A DNA stretch of 64,000 nt from Bacteroidia bacterium (GTDB lineage: Bacteria; Bacteroidota; Bacteroidia; Palsa-965): the NCBI GenBank assembly GCA_039918435.1, contig JBDSHN010000056.1:7756-71755 (forward strand). Reading direction: 5' to 3'. Made by a program: the position numbers and the translations under genes. A model generated the notes under the pieces. It was not told where the DNA came from. It ran no database searches and worked only from the letters and a program-made list of their open reading frames with translations. Shown here piece by piece: positions 48,061 through 58,981 of this stretch. How positions within the stretch are numbered: position 1 is the first letter of the stretch; every line of letters starts with the position of its first letter.

Positions 48061-49623
48061 ATGTCAAGACAAACAGATTTCCTCATCATCGGTTCTGGTA
48101 TCGCCGGACTCACCTACGCATTAAAAGTAGCTGCGCACGGAAAAGTGCTGATGATCACCAAAGCAAACGAAGACGAATCCAATACCAAATATGCGCAGGG
48201 CGGAATTGCTGCAGTGATGTATGCACCCGATTCTTTCAACAAGCACATCGAAGACACATTAATCTGCGGCGATGGTTTGTGCGATCGTTCTGTTGTTGAA
48301 ATGGTGATTCGTGAATCCACAAAACGCGTTACTGAATTAGCAGAGTGGGGCGCAAATTTCGACAAAACTCCCGGGGGCGAATACGAGCTCGCACGCGAAG
48401 GCGGACATTCCGAGCATCGCATTCTTCATCATAAAGACATTACCGGTTTTGAAATTGAACGCGCACTGCTTGCACAAGTTCATTCGCATCAGAATATTGA
48501 AATCCTCGCGCATCATTTCGCAGTTGAAATAATTACGCAGCATCATCTCGGCATCGAAGTGAATTCACGCACACCCGACATTACCTGTTACGGCGCGTAT
48601 GTGATGGATAATTTTTCCGGTAAAGTGGAAACAGTTTTGTCTCGCATCACTTTAATTGCAACCGGCGGCGCAGGACATGCATATTCCACCACCACAAATC
48701 CAACCATTGCAACGGGTGATGGAATTGCAATGGTCTACCGCGCAAAAGGAAAAGTGGAGAACATGGAATTCATGCAGTTTCATCCCACATCACTTTATAA
48801 TCCCGGCGCAAAACCTTCTTTTCTCATCACCGAAGCCATGCGTGGTCACGGAGGAATTCTACGCACACGCGACGGAAAAGAATTCATGGAAAAATATGAT
48901 CCGCGGAAATCTTTAGCGCCGCGTGATATTACAGCACGCGCAATCGACAATGAAATGAAATCAAGCGGCGACGATTTTGTCTACCTCGATTGCACGCACC
49001 TCGATGCAGAGGATCTCAAAAGCCATTTTCCGAATATTTATGCAAAGTGCCTCACCATCGGCATTGATATCACAAAAGATTTTATTCCTGTTGTTCCTGC
49101 TGCGCATTATTTGTGTGGCGGAATCAAAGTCGATAAAAAAGGGCGCAGCAGCATTACAAATCTTTACGCTGTCGGAGAATGTTCCTGCACCGGCCTGCAT
49201 GGCGCAAATCGTCTCGCTTCAAATTCATTGCTCGAAGCCGTTGTTTATTCGCACGAAGCTTCCGCAGATGCGATCGCTCATTTTTCTTCCACCGGTTTTC
49301 AGTCAGCTATTCCTGACTGGAACGACGAAGGAACCGATGCGCCAGAAGAAATGGTACTCATTACACAAAGCACAAAAGAAGTGCAATCTATCATGAGCAG
49401 TTACGTAGGTATTGTGCGTTCCAATCTTCGTTTGCAACGCGCACACGATCGTCTTGAAATTCTCTGGAAAGAAAATGAAGCGTTGTATAAGAAGATAACG
49501 CTTTCACAACAGGTTTGCGAATTGAGAAATATTATCAACGTAGCGTACATCATCATCAAACAGGCGAGAGAGCGGAAAGAAAGCCGTGGCTTGCATTATA
49601 CGATTGATTATCCGCCAAAGTAA
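48061..49623 (+). CDS. nadB: L-aspartate oxidase
   Basis: GSGIAG, SNTKYAQGGIAA, AREGGHS, QFHPT, HGANRLASNSL. Confidence 0.95.
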   Translation: MSRQTDFLIIGSGIAGLTYALKVAAHGKVLMITKANEDESNTKYAQGGIAAVMYAPDSFNKHIEDTLICGDGLCDRSVVEMVIRESTKRVTELAEWGANFDKTPGGEYELAREGGHSEHRILHHKDITGFEIERALLAQVHSHQNIEILAHHFAVEIITQHHLGIEVNSRTPDITCYGAYVMDNFSGKVETVLSRITLIATGGAGHAYSTTTNPTIATGDGIAMVYRAKGKVENMEFMQFHPTSLYNPGAKPSFLITEAMRGHGGILRTRDGKEFMEKYDPRKSLAPRDITARAIDNEMKSSGDDFVYLDCTHLDAEDLKSHFPNIYAKCLTIGIDITKDFIPVVPAAHYLCGGIKVDKKGRSSITNLYAVGECSCTGLHGANRLASNSLLEAVVYSHEASADAIAHFSSTGFQSAIPDWNDEGTDAPEEMVLITQSTKEVQSIMSSYVGIVRSNLRLQRAHDRLEILWKENEALYKKITLSQQVCELRNIINVAYIIIKQARERKESRGLHYTIDYPPK

Positions 49624-49707
49624 ATTAGGTCAGCAATTGGTAAAGCTTTAGGTTGTTTTAACTTCACGCCCTTGCTTTCCATCCCTATATTCGGTAATTT
49701 TACACCA

Positions 49708-50112
49708 ATGCACAAAATCGTTCGCATCAGCACTTCTCTTTTCCTCTCACTTTTTATTCTTGTGAGTGGTTCCGGACTCATCATCGGTAAGATGGTTTGT
49801 CTGAAGTCAGGCTATGTGCAGATCGCTGCGAATGAAGTGAAAGATTGTTGTAATGACCAGGCGAAAGCAGTTCAATTCAAAGATCAATGTTGCGATATCA
49901 ATAACGTTGCATTTCAACAGCAACAATTCGTAGGGCAAAATCAGCTGGTCGTAAAAGCTTCTGATGTTTCTTCCATAATTGTATTGCCGGATTTTTTGAT
50001 TTTCTCCACTGCAAACTTTGTTTCTACAGGCACTCATTTTTCTCCTTCCGATCCGCCTGATTTAATTTCAGGATCTTCCGCACTTCCTTTGCTCTGCGTT
50101 TTTCGCGTCTGA
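49708..50112 (+). CDS. Small Cys-containing protein (HYC_CC_PP-like) upstream of a TonB receptor
   Basis: Hydrophobic N-terminus; MVC...DCC...DQCC...DPP...LLCVFRV; start moved to the ATG at 49708. Confidence 0.6.
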   Translation: MHKIVRISTSLFLSLFILVSGSGLIIGKMVCLKSGYVQIAANEVKDCCNDQAKAVQFKDQCCDINNVAFQQQQFVGQNQLVVKASDVSSIIVLPDFLIFSTANFVSTGTHFSPSDPPDLISGSSALPLLCVFRV

Positions 50113-50185
50113 TTACTTAAGCTTTACGATGTTGCTATCAGTTTATAGCATCTCTCATTTCGTACAGACTTAATAGTAATCCAAA

Positions 50186-52381
50186 ATGAAAATCAAAAAA
50201 ATAATTTTATTCGCATTCACCCTGCTGCTTTTTGGCGTGGAACTTTCCGCCATGGATCACCTGATGGGTGTTGTAACAACAAAAAGCGGCAGAGAAAAAG
50301 TTCCCGGTGCAATTCTCCTTTGGGAAAACACCACCAAAGGAACAGCAACAGATTCGCTCGGCAATTTCATGCTCGCCTGGCTCGATTCATTTCCTGCAAC
50401 TTTAATCGTGCGATGCACCGGTTTTAAAAGCAAAGGAATTATTTTCACCGGCAAAAATCCATCACAGATAAAAGTTGATCTCAAAGAAGGCGAATCACTC
50501 GATGTAGTAACAATTACAGAAAAAAGATCAGCCTCGGAATTTTCTTTTATCAACCCGATCATGGCCGAGAATATTACGCAGGTTGGTTTAAGAAAAGCTG
50601 CTTGCTGTAATTTATCCGAAAGCTTTGAAACCAATCCGACAGTTGATGCTGCTGTGACAGATGCAGTTTCCGGTGCAAAAAAAATTCAGCTGCTCGGACT
50701 TGACGGCGTTTATTCGCAGATACTTTTTGAGAATCTTCCGATGATTCGCGGACTTTCATCTTCGTATGGACTTTCTTATGTTCCCGGAACGTGGATCAAA
50801 GGAATTCTCATTACGAAAGGAACTGGTTCTGTTGTGAACGGTTACGAATCGATTGCGGGACAATTAAATATTGATCTGTTGAAACCGGAAGAAGGCGCTG
50901 ATAAATTTTTCGTCAATTTATATGGCAATAATTTCGGAAGGGCAGAAGCGAATGTGCAGGTCAATAGAAAGATCAACCCGTATTGGGGGACTACTTTATT
51001 GACACATGCAAGCACATTGCAACTGCGAACGGATAACAACCGCGACGGATTTCTTGACATGCCGCTGAATACGCAATACAATGCGCTCAATCGCTGGAAC
51101 TGGACAGGTAAAAAAGCAGAGGGCGGTTTCGGTGGCCACTTTGTATATGATGATCGCAGAGGCGGACAGGTTCCTTTTAATAAAGAAAGAGATTTCGGTG
51201 AAACACATTATTATGGTGTTGGCATTTTAAATAAGCAGGCGGAAGTTTTTAATAAAACAGGATTCCTGTTTGCTGCACCGGCCAGAAGCATCGGGACTAT
51301 GTTTTCTGCACGATTGCATGATGAAGATATGTTCTTCGGATTAAAAACTTACAAAGCGCAGCAGAAAAGTATTTACTTCAACGCCATCTACCAGGATATG
51401 ATCGGAAATACAAATCACATGTATAAAACCGGCTTCAGCTTTTTGTACGATAAGTACGATGAGAAATTCAATGATTCGGCTTTCGGCCGCACTGAAATTG
51501 TTCCCGGAATTTTTGCGGAATATACCGGCCACATTAGTCCGAAGTTTACAGTAGTCGCCGGCGCTCGTGCCGATTTTCATTCCGTTGCCGGATTTCAATT
51601 TACTCCGCGTCTGCATATCAAATATGATCTGACACCAACAACAGCATTGCGCGTATCAGCAGGAAAAGGATTCCGCACGGCAAATGTATTTACTGAAAAC
51701 TCGGGCGTATTTGCAAGCTCGCGTCAATTGAATATCCCGGAAAAATTACGCGCAGAAATTGCATGGAATTACGGTGGAAGTATTCAGCAGCAATTCAAGT
51801 TCATGAAAAATGACGCAACGTTTATCATCGACTTCTTCAGAACGGATTTCGTCAACCAGGTTGTGCTTGACATGGAAACGCCGGGGCAACTGAAGTTCTA
51901 TAACCTGGATGGTGCTTCATTTGCAAATAGTTTCCAGGCCGATCTTGTTTTTCAACCCATCAAACGTTTCGATGTGCGGATCGCCTACAAATATTACGAA
52001 GTGAAAACAACGTATTCGGGCGAGCTGAAACAAAAACCATTGACGCCGTCGCACCGAGCTTTTTTAAACCTGGCGTATGCAACTGCGTATGACAAATGGT
52101 CATTCGATTACACGACAAAATGGATTGGTCCTGTAAGAATACCGGAAAGCACGCATGAAGCAGAAAAATATTCCAAACCTTATTTTCTGCTTGGAGCGCA
52201 TGTTACAAGAAAATTCCGCAAACTCGATGTGTATGTCGGCGTAGAAAACATCCTGAATTTTATGCAGCATTCACCAATTCTCGGCTACGATGATCCTTTC
52301 GGCGCGCATTTTGATGCTTCACAAGTGTATGCCCCAACCGATGGCCGTGTGATTTATTCCGGTCTGCGTTTCAAAATTTAA
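50186..52381 (+). CDS. TonB-dependent receptor with a di-cysteine plug motif
   Basis: Signal peptide; carboxypeptidase-regulatory-like N-domain; KAACCNLSESFETN plug; C-terminal YSGLRFKI. Confidence 0.88.
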   Translation: MKIKKIILFAFTLLLFGVELSAMDHLMGVVTTKSGREKVPGAILLWENTTKGTATDSLGNFMLAWLDSFPATLIVRCTGFKSKGIIFTGKNPSQIKVDLKEGESLDVVTITEKRSASEFSFINPIMAENITQVGLRKAACCNLSESFETNPTVDAAVTDAVSGAKKIQLLGLDGVYSQILFENLPMIRGLSSSYGLSYVPGTWIKGILITKGTGSVVNGYESIAGQLNIDLLKPEEGADKFFVNLYGNNFGRAEANVQVNRKINPYWGTTLLTHASTLQLRTDNNRDGFLDMPLNTQYNALNRWNWTGKKAEGGFGGHFVYDDRRGGQVPFNKERDFGETHYYGVGILNKQAEVFNKTGFLFAAPARSIGTMFSARLHDEDMFFGLKTYKAQQKSIYFNAIYQDMIGNTNHMYKTGFSFLYDKYDEKFNDSAFGRTEIVPGIFAEYTGHISPKFTVVAGARADFHSVAGFQFTPRLHIKYDLTPTTALRVSAGKGFRTANVFTENSGVFASSRQLNIPEKLRAEIAWNYGGSIQQQFKFMKNDATFIIDFFRTDFVNQVVLDMETPGQLKFYNLDGASFANSFQADLVFQPIKRFDVRIAYKYYEVKTTYSGELKQKPLTPSHRAFLNLAYATAYDKWSFDYTTKWIGPVRIPESTHEAEKYSKPYFLLGAHVTRKFRKLDVYVGVENILNFMQHSPILGYDDPFGAHFDASQVYAPTDGRVIYSGLRFKI

Positions 52382-52416
52382 ATAATCGAACTATCTTCAA
52401 CTAATAAACCAGCAAA

Positions 52417-52800
52417 ATGAAAATCTTCAGAAACATTTCCCTTTTTACATTTGTGCTTGCATTTTTTTCGTTCGCGAATCTGAATGCACAAACGGCCACA
52501 ACTGCACCTGCAACAAAAAACACCGTCATTAAAATAAAAACAAGCGGCGAGTGTGAAATGTGCAAAAAAGCAATTGAATCGGAAGTCGGAAAAATGGCAG
52601 GCGTTAAAAAGGTAGACTTTGATATTGCAACAAAAATATTGACGGTGGAATACAATTCAAAAAAGGTGACACCGGAAAAAATCCGCAAAGCAATTTCAGA
52701 TATCGGCTATGATGCTGACGATGTAAAAGCAAATAACCGCGCACAGAAAGAATTGCCTTCCTGTTGCAAGCCCGGAACAGCAGATTCGGTGCCGAAGTAA
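52417..52800 (+). CDS. Exported HMA-domain metal chaperone
   Basis: Signal peptide; GECEMC; ISDIGYDAD; LPSCCK. Confidence 0.82.
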   Translation: MKIFRNISLFTFVLAFFSFANLNAQTATTAPATKNTVIKIKTSGECEMCKKAIESEVGKMAGVKKVDFDIATKILTVEYNSKKVTPEKIRKAISDIGYDADDVKANNRAQKELPSCCKPGTADSVPK

Positions 52801-52826
52801 TTCACGAATCACCCTCATCGCAAAAG

Positions 52827-52913
52827 GTAGTGGGTAATGGGTATTGAGACGGCGCTCAAGAAAAATCCAGCAAGATTATCTCTAATATATACTCAATACA
52901 CACTACTCACTAC
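52827..52913. repeat. Low-complexity imperfect inverted repeat
   Basis: GTAGTGGGTAATGGGTATTGAG versus CTCAATACACACTACTCACTAC, 19/22 complementary. Confidence 0.65.
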
Positions 52914-52918
52914 TACGC

Positions 52919-53446
52919 ATGGCACTGATAAAAGAAGTAAACGGAAATTCCCCGCAATTCGGTAATGATTGCTACATAACCGAAAACGCGACAATTGTTG
53001 GTGATGTAATTTGCGGAGATCAATGTTCTTTTTGGTTCAATGCAGTTGTGCGTGGCGATGTGAACAGCATTCGCATGGGAAATAAAGTAAATGTGCAGGA
53101 TGGCGCTGTGATTCATTGCACGTATCAGAAAACAAAAGTGGTTATCGGTGACAATGTTTCTATCGGACACAATGCGCTTGTACACGGCTGTACATTACAT
53201 GATAATGTGCTTATAGGAATGGGCGCAATCGTGATGGACAATGCGGAAGTGGGAAGCAATACAATTATCGGCGCCGGATCTGTTGTAACCGAACGAATGA
53301 AATGCGAACCCAACAGTGTTTACGCCGGTGTTCCCGCACGCAAGATCAAAGACATTTCTCCGGAGCTGCAAAAAGGCGAAGTAGAACGCATCGCGAATAA
53401 TTATGTGATGTATTCTTCCTGGTTTAAGGAGGAGGCAGGAAAATAA
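52919..53446 (+). CDS. Gamma carbonic anhydrase family protein (left-handed beta-helix)
   Basis: VRGDVN, NVQDGAVIH, IGHNALVHGC. Confidence 0.9.
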   Translation: MALIKEVNGNSPQFGNDCYITENATIVGDVICGDQCSFWFNAVVRGDVNSIRMGNKVNVQDGAVIHCTYQKTKVVIGDNVSIGHNALVHGCTLHDNVLIGMGAIVMDNAEVGSNTIIGAGSVVTERMKCEPNSVYAGVPARKIKDISPELQKGEVERIANNYVMYSSWFKEEAGK

Positions 53447-53523
53447 GGAGCGGGCGGCAGGATATTTCATCATCCTTTCATTTCTGTCACCAGATTTGAT
53501 CAATTTTATAAGCATTCAGATAG

Positions 53524-54348
53524 TTAGGGGTAATTAGTAATGCCCACAACATTCCCTTTCTCTCCCGTCAAAATAAAAAGCGTCTCCCGAAATTTTCCTT
53601 CATCTCCACTCGTATAATAAATAATTTTTCCTGCTTGTCGCCTTTTATCCTGTTCCCCCCATTTAAGTAAATCCCTCTCCCCAAGAATCTTCTTCACATA
53701 CCTGGCAACAGAAGGCGCCGGATCAATGATCAAAACTTTTTCCCCAAGAATTTTCCTCAGCAACGGCATCACGAACGGATAATGTGTGCAACCCAAAACA
53801 AGTGTGTCGATGTTTTTTTCCATCATCGGCTGTAGCCATCCGCGCAACATTTTTTCTGTGTCTTCCGATTCCAGTTTACCTGCTTCGATCTGTTGCACTA
53901 ATCCCGGGCAAGGTTGAGGCAATACGCTTACACTTTGCGCGAATCGTTCTACCACGCTTGCAAATAATTCGCCCTGGAAAGTCGCTGTGGTTGCAAGTAC
54001 TCCAACTACTCCTGATTGTGTTACTTCAGCAGCAGGTTTTACAGCAGGCTCCATGCCAATGAAATTTACTTCCGGGTGAATTGTACGTAAATGTTTTAAT
54101 GCAGCAGCAGAAGCCGTGTTGCAGGCAATGACGATCAGCTTGCAATTCTGCTTCAATAGAAAACGGGTAACTACTTCGGACAGTTCGCGGATTTCATCCA
54201 GCGACTTTTCGCCATAAGGAAGATGTGCGCTGTCGCCGAAATAAATAAGATCTTCCTCCGGCAATAATTCCCTGATTGCACGCAGCACACTTACGCCGCC
54301 GATGCCGGAATCAAAAATGCCAATAGGAGAAGTGCTTGTCTTATTCAT
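53524..54348 (-). CDS. murI: Glutamate racemase
   Basis: FDSGIGG, ACNTAS, LGCTHYP; start moved to the ATG at 54348. Confidence 0.93.
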   Translation of the reverse strand: MNKTSTSPIGIFDSGIGGVSVLRAIRELLPEEDLIYFGDSAHLPYGEKSLDEIRELSEVVTRFLLKQNCKLIVIACNTASAAALKHLRTIHPEVNFIGMEPAVKPAAEVTQSGVVGVLATTATFQGELFASVVERFAQSVSVLPQPCPGLVQQIEAGKLESEDTEKMLRGWLQPMMEKNIDTLVLGCTHYPFVMPLLRKILGEKVLIIDPAPSVARYVKKILGERDLLKWGEQDKRRQAGKIIYYTSGDEGKFRETLFILTGEKGNVVGITNYP

Positions 54349-54424
54349 TCGTATCAAATTTCCGAAAAAAACAAATCCCAAAAACCTTTCGGATTCCGGG
54401 ACTTGCTTTTAAAGGCTTAAGATT

Positions 54425-54997
54425 TTATTTGGGAGTGCCTGTGCCCGGAGCCGGTTTGACTGGAGCAGGTATTCCTAATTTAATGCGAACATCATTGAAA
54501 ATATCTTCACTGTCGGCAGCATAAAGCACTACAGTTGCAGACTTGCTGCTATCGAGCACATATTTATAACCTCTTGCAATTGCCACTTCTTTTACCGCTT
54601 TCTGAATACTTTCAAAAATAGGAACGAGCAATTGTGTGCGGCGCTGTGTGTAAGAATCCTGCGCCGTTTGCTGAAAATCCTGGATGCGTTGCTGAAGATC
54701 ATAGATTTCTTTTTCTTTGATCGATTTGATAGGGGCGCTCCATGTTTTGTTGAGTGAATCGTACTCAGCGCCTTTACGTTGCAATTCAATATTCATTTGA
54801 TACATCGCCTGTTCTAATTGTGCATAGAACATCTGCGCGGTATCACTTGCTTTTTTAAACGCGGGCATGATGTCAAGAAGCGAATCAAGATTGATATGCG
54901 CGACAGCTGAGGCAGTTGCTTTGGTTTGCGCGTGGCCTGCGCGTGGAACTGTTACTAAGAGGAGAGCCGCAACAGCAATGATAAGGTACTTTTTCAT
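54425..54997 (-). CDS. skp: OmpH/Skp family periplasmic chaperone
   Basis: Signal peptide; AHINLDSLL; coiled coil; YKYVLD. Confidence 0.85.
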   Translation of the reverse strand: MKKYLIIAVAALLLVTVPRAGHAQTKATASAVAHINLDSLLDIMPAFKKASDTAQMFYAQLEQAMYQMNIELQRKGAEYDSLNKTWSAPIKSIKEKEIYDLQQRIQDFQQTAQDSYTQRRTQLLVPIFESIQKAVKEVAIARGYKYVLDSSKSATVVLYAADSEDIFNDVRIKLGIPAPVKPAPGTGTPK

Positions 54998-55039
54998 GTT
55001 CAGATTTATTGTTGATTTTGGTTGGTTGTCTTGTTGAAT

Positions 55040-55588
55040 TTATTTTCCGCCTGATGGTTTGGATCCGCCCGCTTTTTTCCAGCCGAGGATTTCGAGCACA
55101 TCATCACTTTTGTCATATTTCGAATTAGTATACAACATCGTAATATCACTTGCTTTGTCAAACACGATACCGTAACCTCCGCGCTCTGCCATTTCTTTCA
55201 CCGCATTGTAAACCTGGTCCTGAATCGGCTTTACTAATTCCTGGCGCTTTTTGAAAAGCTCTCCGTCTACTCCGAATTTTGATTTCTGAAAATCTTTTGC
55301 TTCTTTTTCTTTTCCCACAATTTCAGCTTCACGTTTCTGACGAAGCTCATCTGTTAAAAGCAATTGTTCCTGCTGGAAATTTTTATAAAGCAGATCAATC
55401 GCTGCATATTTTCCTTCCACTTCTTTCTGCCAGCCAATCGATAATTGATTGAGTTGCTCCTGCGCCTGCTGGTAAGCCGAGCTCTGCGAAAGAATATAAT
55501 CAGTATCCACATAACAATACTTTTGTGCTTGTGCAAATCCTGTAAATGCGATCAATGCGATAAACGCTGCGATGATTTTCCGTTTCAT
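55040..55588 (-). CDS. skp: OmpH/Skp family periplasmic chaperone
   Basis: YVDTDYIL; KRQELVKPIQD; YGIVFDK. Confidence 0.88.
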   Translation of the reverse strand: MKRKIIAAFIALIAFTGFAQAQKYCYVDTDYILSQSSAYQQAQEQLNQLSIGWQKEVEGKYAAIDLLYKNFQQEQLLLTDELRQKREAEIVGKEKEAKDFQKSKFGVDGELFKKRQELVKPIQDQVYNAVKEMAERGGYGIVFDKASDITMLYTNSKYDKSDDVLEILGWKKAGGSKPSGGK

Positions 55589-55658
55589 TTTACTGTTTTT
55601 TAGACGGTTGATTTAATAAGCCCGTAAACGGCGGGCCTAAAGTACAATTTTTAGATGA

Positions 55659-58157
55659 TTAGAGTTCTCCGAGGTTCATGCCGATGGTAAAGTGAACCTG
55701 CGATTTCGGCATAAAAGGCGCAGTAGGAACATCATCAAAACGATAACCCCAATCAAGTCCGAGCAAACCAAACATCGGTAGGAATACACGTACTCCAACA
55801 CCTGCTGAACGATAGACATCGAATGGATTAAAACCTTTTACTGAATTCCATGTATTACCTCCCTCTACAAATGCAAGGCCATAAACGGTAGCGCTCGGAT
55901 TCAATGAAACAGGATAGCGGAGTTCCCAAGTATATTTAGCAATTATTGGCGAACCGATCGGTGAACCCTGGCGATTGCGGTTTGCTGTGAGCGATTGATC
56001 ATCATACCCGCGGTCAGCAATGATCTCACGTCCGTCAAGTGCATAACCTGTAAGGCCACTTCCTCCAAGATAGAAACGCTCGAAAGGCGAAAGACCAACT
56101 TCAGGATTATAACTGCCAAGGTAACCGAAACCAATTCGTGTATTCAACACCAGGTTGCCTGCAATACGTGTAAACCACGATGAAGTGAATTTCCATTTGT
56201 AATATTCAACAAATTTGTACTTCTCCTGAACGGAAATTTCGCTGTAATCTTTTCCGTTGAATAAAGAATAAGGCGGAGTGAATTGCCCGATCAGCTTCAG
56301 GCTTGACCCGCTTCTCGGGTAGATCTGCTGATCGGTAGAATTTCTGCTCAATGTTAAACGAACGCTGATGTTGTTGGAATAACCATCAGAGAATTCGAAG
56401 ACCGATGCGAATTTATTCAGCTGGTAATATTGATAATTCAATTCGGCATAGATCTGGAAATAATCATCAGGACGTTTTAAGACTTTTCCAAAACCAACAG
56501 ATGCTCCGGTGATCTTTACATCCGCACGATTATCGTCGCTCGCTTTTAATCCATTTGATTGTACAGAGTGATATAAGGTTACTGAAAGTGAATTTGGTTT
56601 TTTTCCGCCCAGCCATGGTTCTGTGAAAGAAGCATTGTAAGATTGGAAGTACAAACCATTTGATTGTGCACGGATACTCAGCTTTTGTCCGTCGCCGGAA
56701 GGAAGCGGGCGCCATGCCGATTTATTCAGAATGTTTTTTGTCGAGAAGTTATTGAATGAAACCCCGAGTGTTCCTACAATGCGGTTCGCGCCCCAGCCTC
56801 CGGAAAGTTCCACCTGGTCGGAAGGACGTTCTACCACACGGTATTCAATATCAACTGTTCCGTCGTATGGATTTGGCTTCGGATTAATTTCAATTTTTTC
56901 AGGATCGAAATAACCGAGCGATGCTAATTGACGTTGTGAACGGATCACATCCGAACGGCGGAATAATTGTCCCGGGCGCGTGCGGATCTCGCGCATGATC
57001 ACTCTTTCATTTGTTTTTGTGTTTCCAACAATCGTTACGTTACGTATCGTTGCCTGGCGTCCTTCATAAACACGCATTTCATAATCGATTGTATCACCAT
57101 GCACGCTTACTTCAACCGGCGACACTTGGAAAAACAAATAACCATCATCCATGTACAAGGAGCTCACATCATTTCCCTGCGCACTCATGTAAAGTCGCGA
57201 TTCCAATTGCTCCTGGTTATAGACATCGCCCTTTTTAATTCCTAAAACAGCATTCAGCTTTTCAGTAGAATATTTTGTGTTGCCGATCCAATTGATATTT
57301 CCGAAACGATAAATATTTCCTTCAGAAATTTCCACTTCTACAACAACACGGTTCGGATTGGATTTGGAAAAATATACGGTATCACGTACAATCTTCGCAT
57401 CACGATAACCTTTCTTACGATACTTCGCCAACAAGCTGGCCTCATCCTTCTCCAGGTTTTCTTCAAGGTACTTCGAAGATTTGAAGAACGTATAGAAACG
57501 TTTTTGCTTGGTGTCTTTAAACGTGCGACGGACCTTTCCTGTGCTGAATTCTTTATTTCCCTTTATAATAAGATCCTGGATTTTTACTTTTTTCCCTTTC
57601 ACAACATTGATCTTAAGCAGTACAAGACCCGGACGATTCGTATCACCGAGCGTGGTTAATTCTGTTCTGCAATTCAGGTAACCGTCAGCGCGGAAATGTT
57701 CGTTGCAGGTTTCGATGATAAAACGTTTTCTGTATTCTGTAAGCATTAACCCGGTAAGACGTCCGAGTTTTCCATTAAGATCTTCCTGTTCACTTTTCTT
57801 GAGTTTGGTAGGAGCGTAAGTGATACCGCTGATCTTTGGTTTTTCGGTAATAATAATATCCAGCCAGATATATTCTCCTTCGATCTTTGCCACTTCAAGA
57901 CGCACATCTTCAAACATGTTTTCTTTCCAGAGATTGTCGATCGCATTAGCCGTTTTTTCTCCGGGAACAGAAATTTTATCACCGATCGGTAATCCTGAAA
58001 TCAAACGAACAACGGCAGAATCTACCAGCTGGCAGCCGTGTACATAAACCTGCACGAGTGTATAGTCATTGATCTTGCCATAATCGATCATTGTCGGCTG
58101 GGCAATGAGCTTACACGAGGCAAAAATAAGAAGCAATGCAAAAAAAACTTTTTTCAT
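55659..58157 (-). CDS. bamA: Outer membrane protein assembly factor BamA
   Basis: POTRA repeats; C-terminal barrel with FERFYLGGSGL, YRSAGVGVRVFLPMFGLLGLDW. Confidence 0.93.
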   Translation of the reverse strand: MKKVFFALLLIFASCKLIAQPTMIDYGKINDYTLVQVYVHGCQLVDSAVVRLISGLPIGDKISVPGEKTANAIDNLWKENMFEDVRLEVAKIEGEYIWLDIIITEKPKISGITYAPTKLKKSEQEDLNGKLGRLTGLMLTEYRKRFIIETCNEHFRADGYLNCRTELTTLGDTNRPGLVLLKINVVKGKKVKIQDLIIKGNKEFSTGKVRRTFKDTKQKRFYTFFKSSKYLEENLEKDEASLLAKYRKKGYRDAKIVRDTVYFSKSNPNRVVVEVEISEGNIYRFGNINWIGNTKYSTEKLNAVLGIKKGDVYNQEQLESRLYMSAQGNDVSSLYMDDGYLFFQVSPVEVSVHGDTIDYEMRVYEGRQATIRNVTIVGNTKTNERVIMREIRTRPGQLFRRSDVIRSQRQLASLGYFDPEKIEINPKPNPYDGTVDIEYRVVERPSDQVELSGGWGANRIVGTLGVSFNNFSTKNILNKSAWRPLPSGDGQKLSIRAQSNGLYFQSYNASFTEPWLGGKKPNSLSVTLYHSVQSNGLKASDDNRADVKITGASVGFGKVLKRPDDYFQIYAELNYQYYQLNKFASVFEFSDGYSNNISVRLTLSRNSTDQQIYPRSGSSLKLIGQFTPPYSLFNGKDYSEISVQEKYKFVEYYKWKFTSSWFTRIAGNLVLNTRIGFGYLGSYNPEVGLSPFERFYLGGSGLTGYALDGREIIADRGYDDQSLTANRNRQGSPIGSPIIAKYTWELRYPVSLNPSATVYGLAFVEGGNTWNSVKGFNPFDVYRSAGVGVRVFLPMFGLLGLDWGYRFDDVPTAPFMPKSQVHFTIGMNLGEL

Positions 58158-58170
58158 AATCAGTCAGCCA

Positions 58171-58965
58171 TCAGCGGGAAGAGTGTTCATTGGCGGATGT
58201 TCCGTCAGTGATTGAGTTTAATGTATCATCCAGCTGTGCGCTGGTTTTTCCGAATCTGCGTTCGCGCCCTTGGTAATCCAGGATCGCTTTGTAAAATTCT
58301 TCTTTGTCAAAATCCGGCCATAACGTTTCGGTGAAATAAAATTCCGAGTACGCGATCTGCCAGAGTAAAAAATTACTTACACGATGTTCGCCGCTTGTAC
58401 GGATGAGTAATTCAGGATCCGGGAATGCAGCAGTATTCAATTGTTTTGAAATGAATTCCGCATCAATGGTTTCCGGGTCTAATTTTCCTTCCGCGACCTG
58501 CACCGCTATTTTTTTTGTTGCCTGAACAATTTCCCAACGCGAGCTATAGCTAAGTGCAAGGATCAAGGTCATGCGTTTATTTTTTGAAGTGTTGAAAATT
58601 GCTTCTTCCAGCTCTTTCCTGCACGCTTCAGGTAAGCTATCCGTATCGCCGATTGTTGCAAGACGGATATCATTTTTATTCAGCGTTTCTGTTTCCGCGT
58701 TGATCGTATGCACAAGCAATTGCATCAGCGCATCCACTTCTTCCTTCGGACGATTCCAGTTCTCCGTAGAAAAAGCATAGAGTGTAAGATATTTCACACC
58801 CAGCTCTGCTGCTGCTTCTGTGGTTTCCCGCACTGCTGTTACGCCGCTTTGATGCCCGAACACACGCACTTTCCCCTGTTGCTGCGCCCATCGACCGTTT
58901 CCGTCCATGATAACAGCCACATGATTGGGCAAACGCGAAATGTCAATTTTTTCTTTCAGGCTCAT
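58171..58965 (-). CDS. uppS: Undecaprenyl diphosphate synthase
   Basis: [37 protein letters not shown]; start moved to the ATG at 58965. Confidence 0.93.
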   Translation of the reverse strand: MSLKEKIDISRLPNHVAVIMDGNGRWAQQQGKVRVFGHQSGVTAVRETTEAAAELGVKYLTLYAFSTENWNRPKEEVDALMQLLVHTINAETETLNKNDIRLATIGDTDSLPEACRKELEEAIFNTSKNKRMTLILALSYSSRWEIVQATKKIAVQVAEGKLDPETIDAEFISKQLNTAAFPDPELLIRTSGEHRVSNFLLWQIAYSEFYFTETLWPDFDKEEFYKAILDYQGRERRFGKTSAQLDDTLNSITDGTSANEHSSR

Positions 58966-58981
58966 CTGCACGTCAGTTCCA

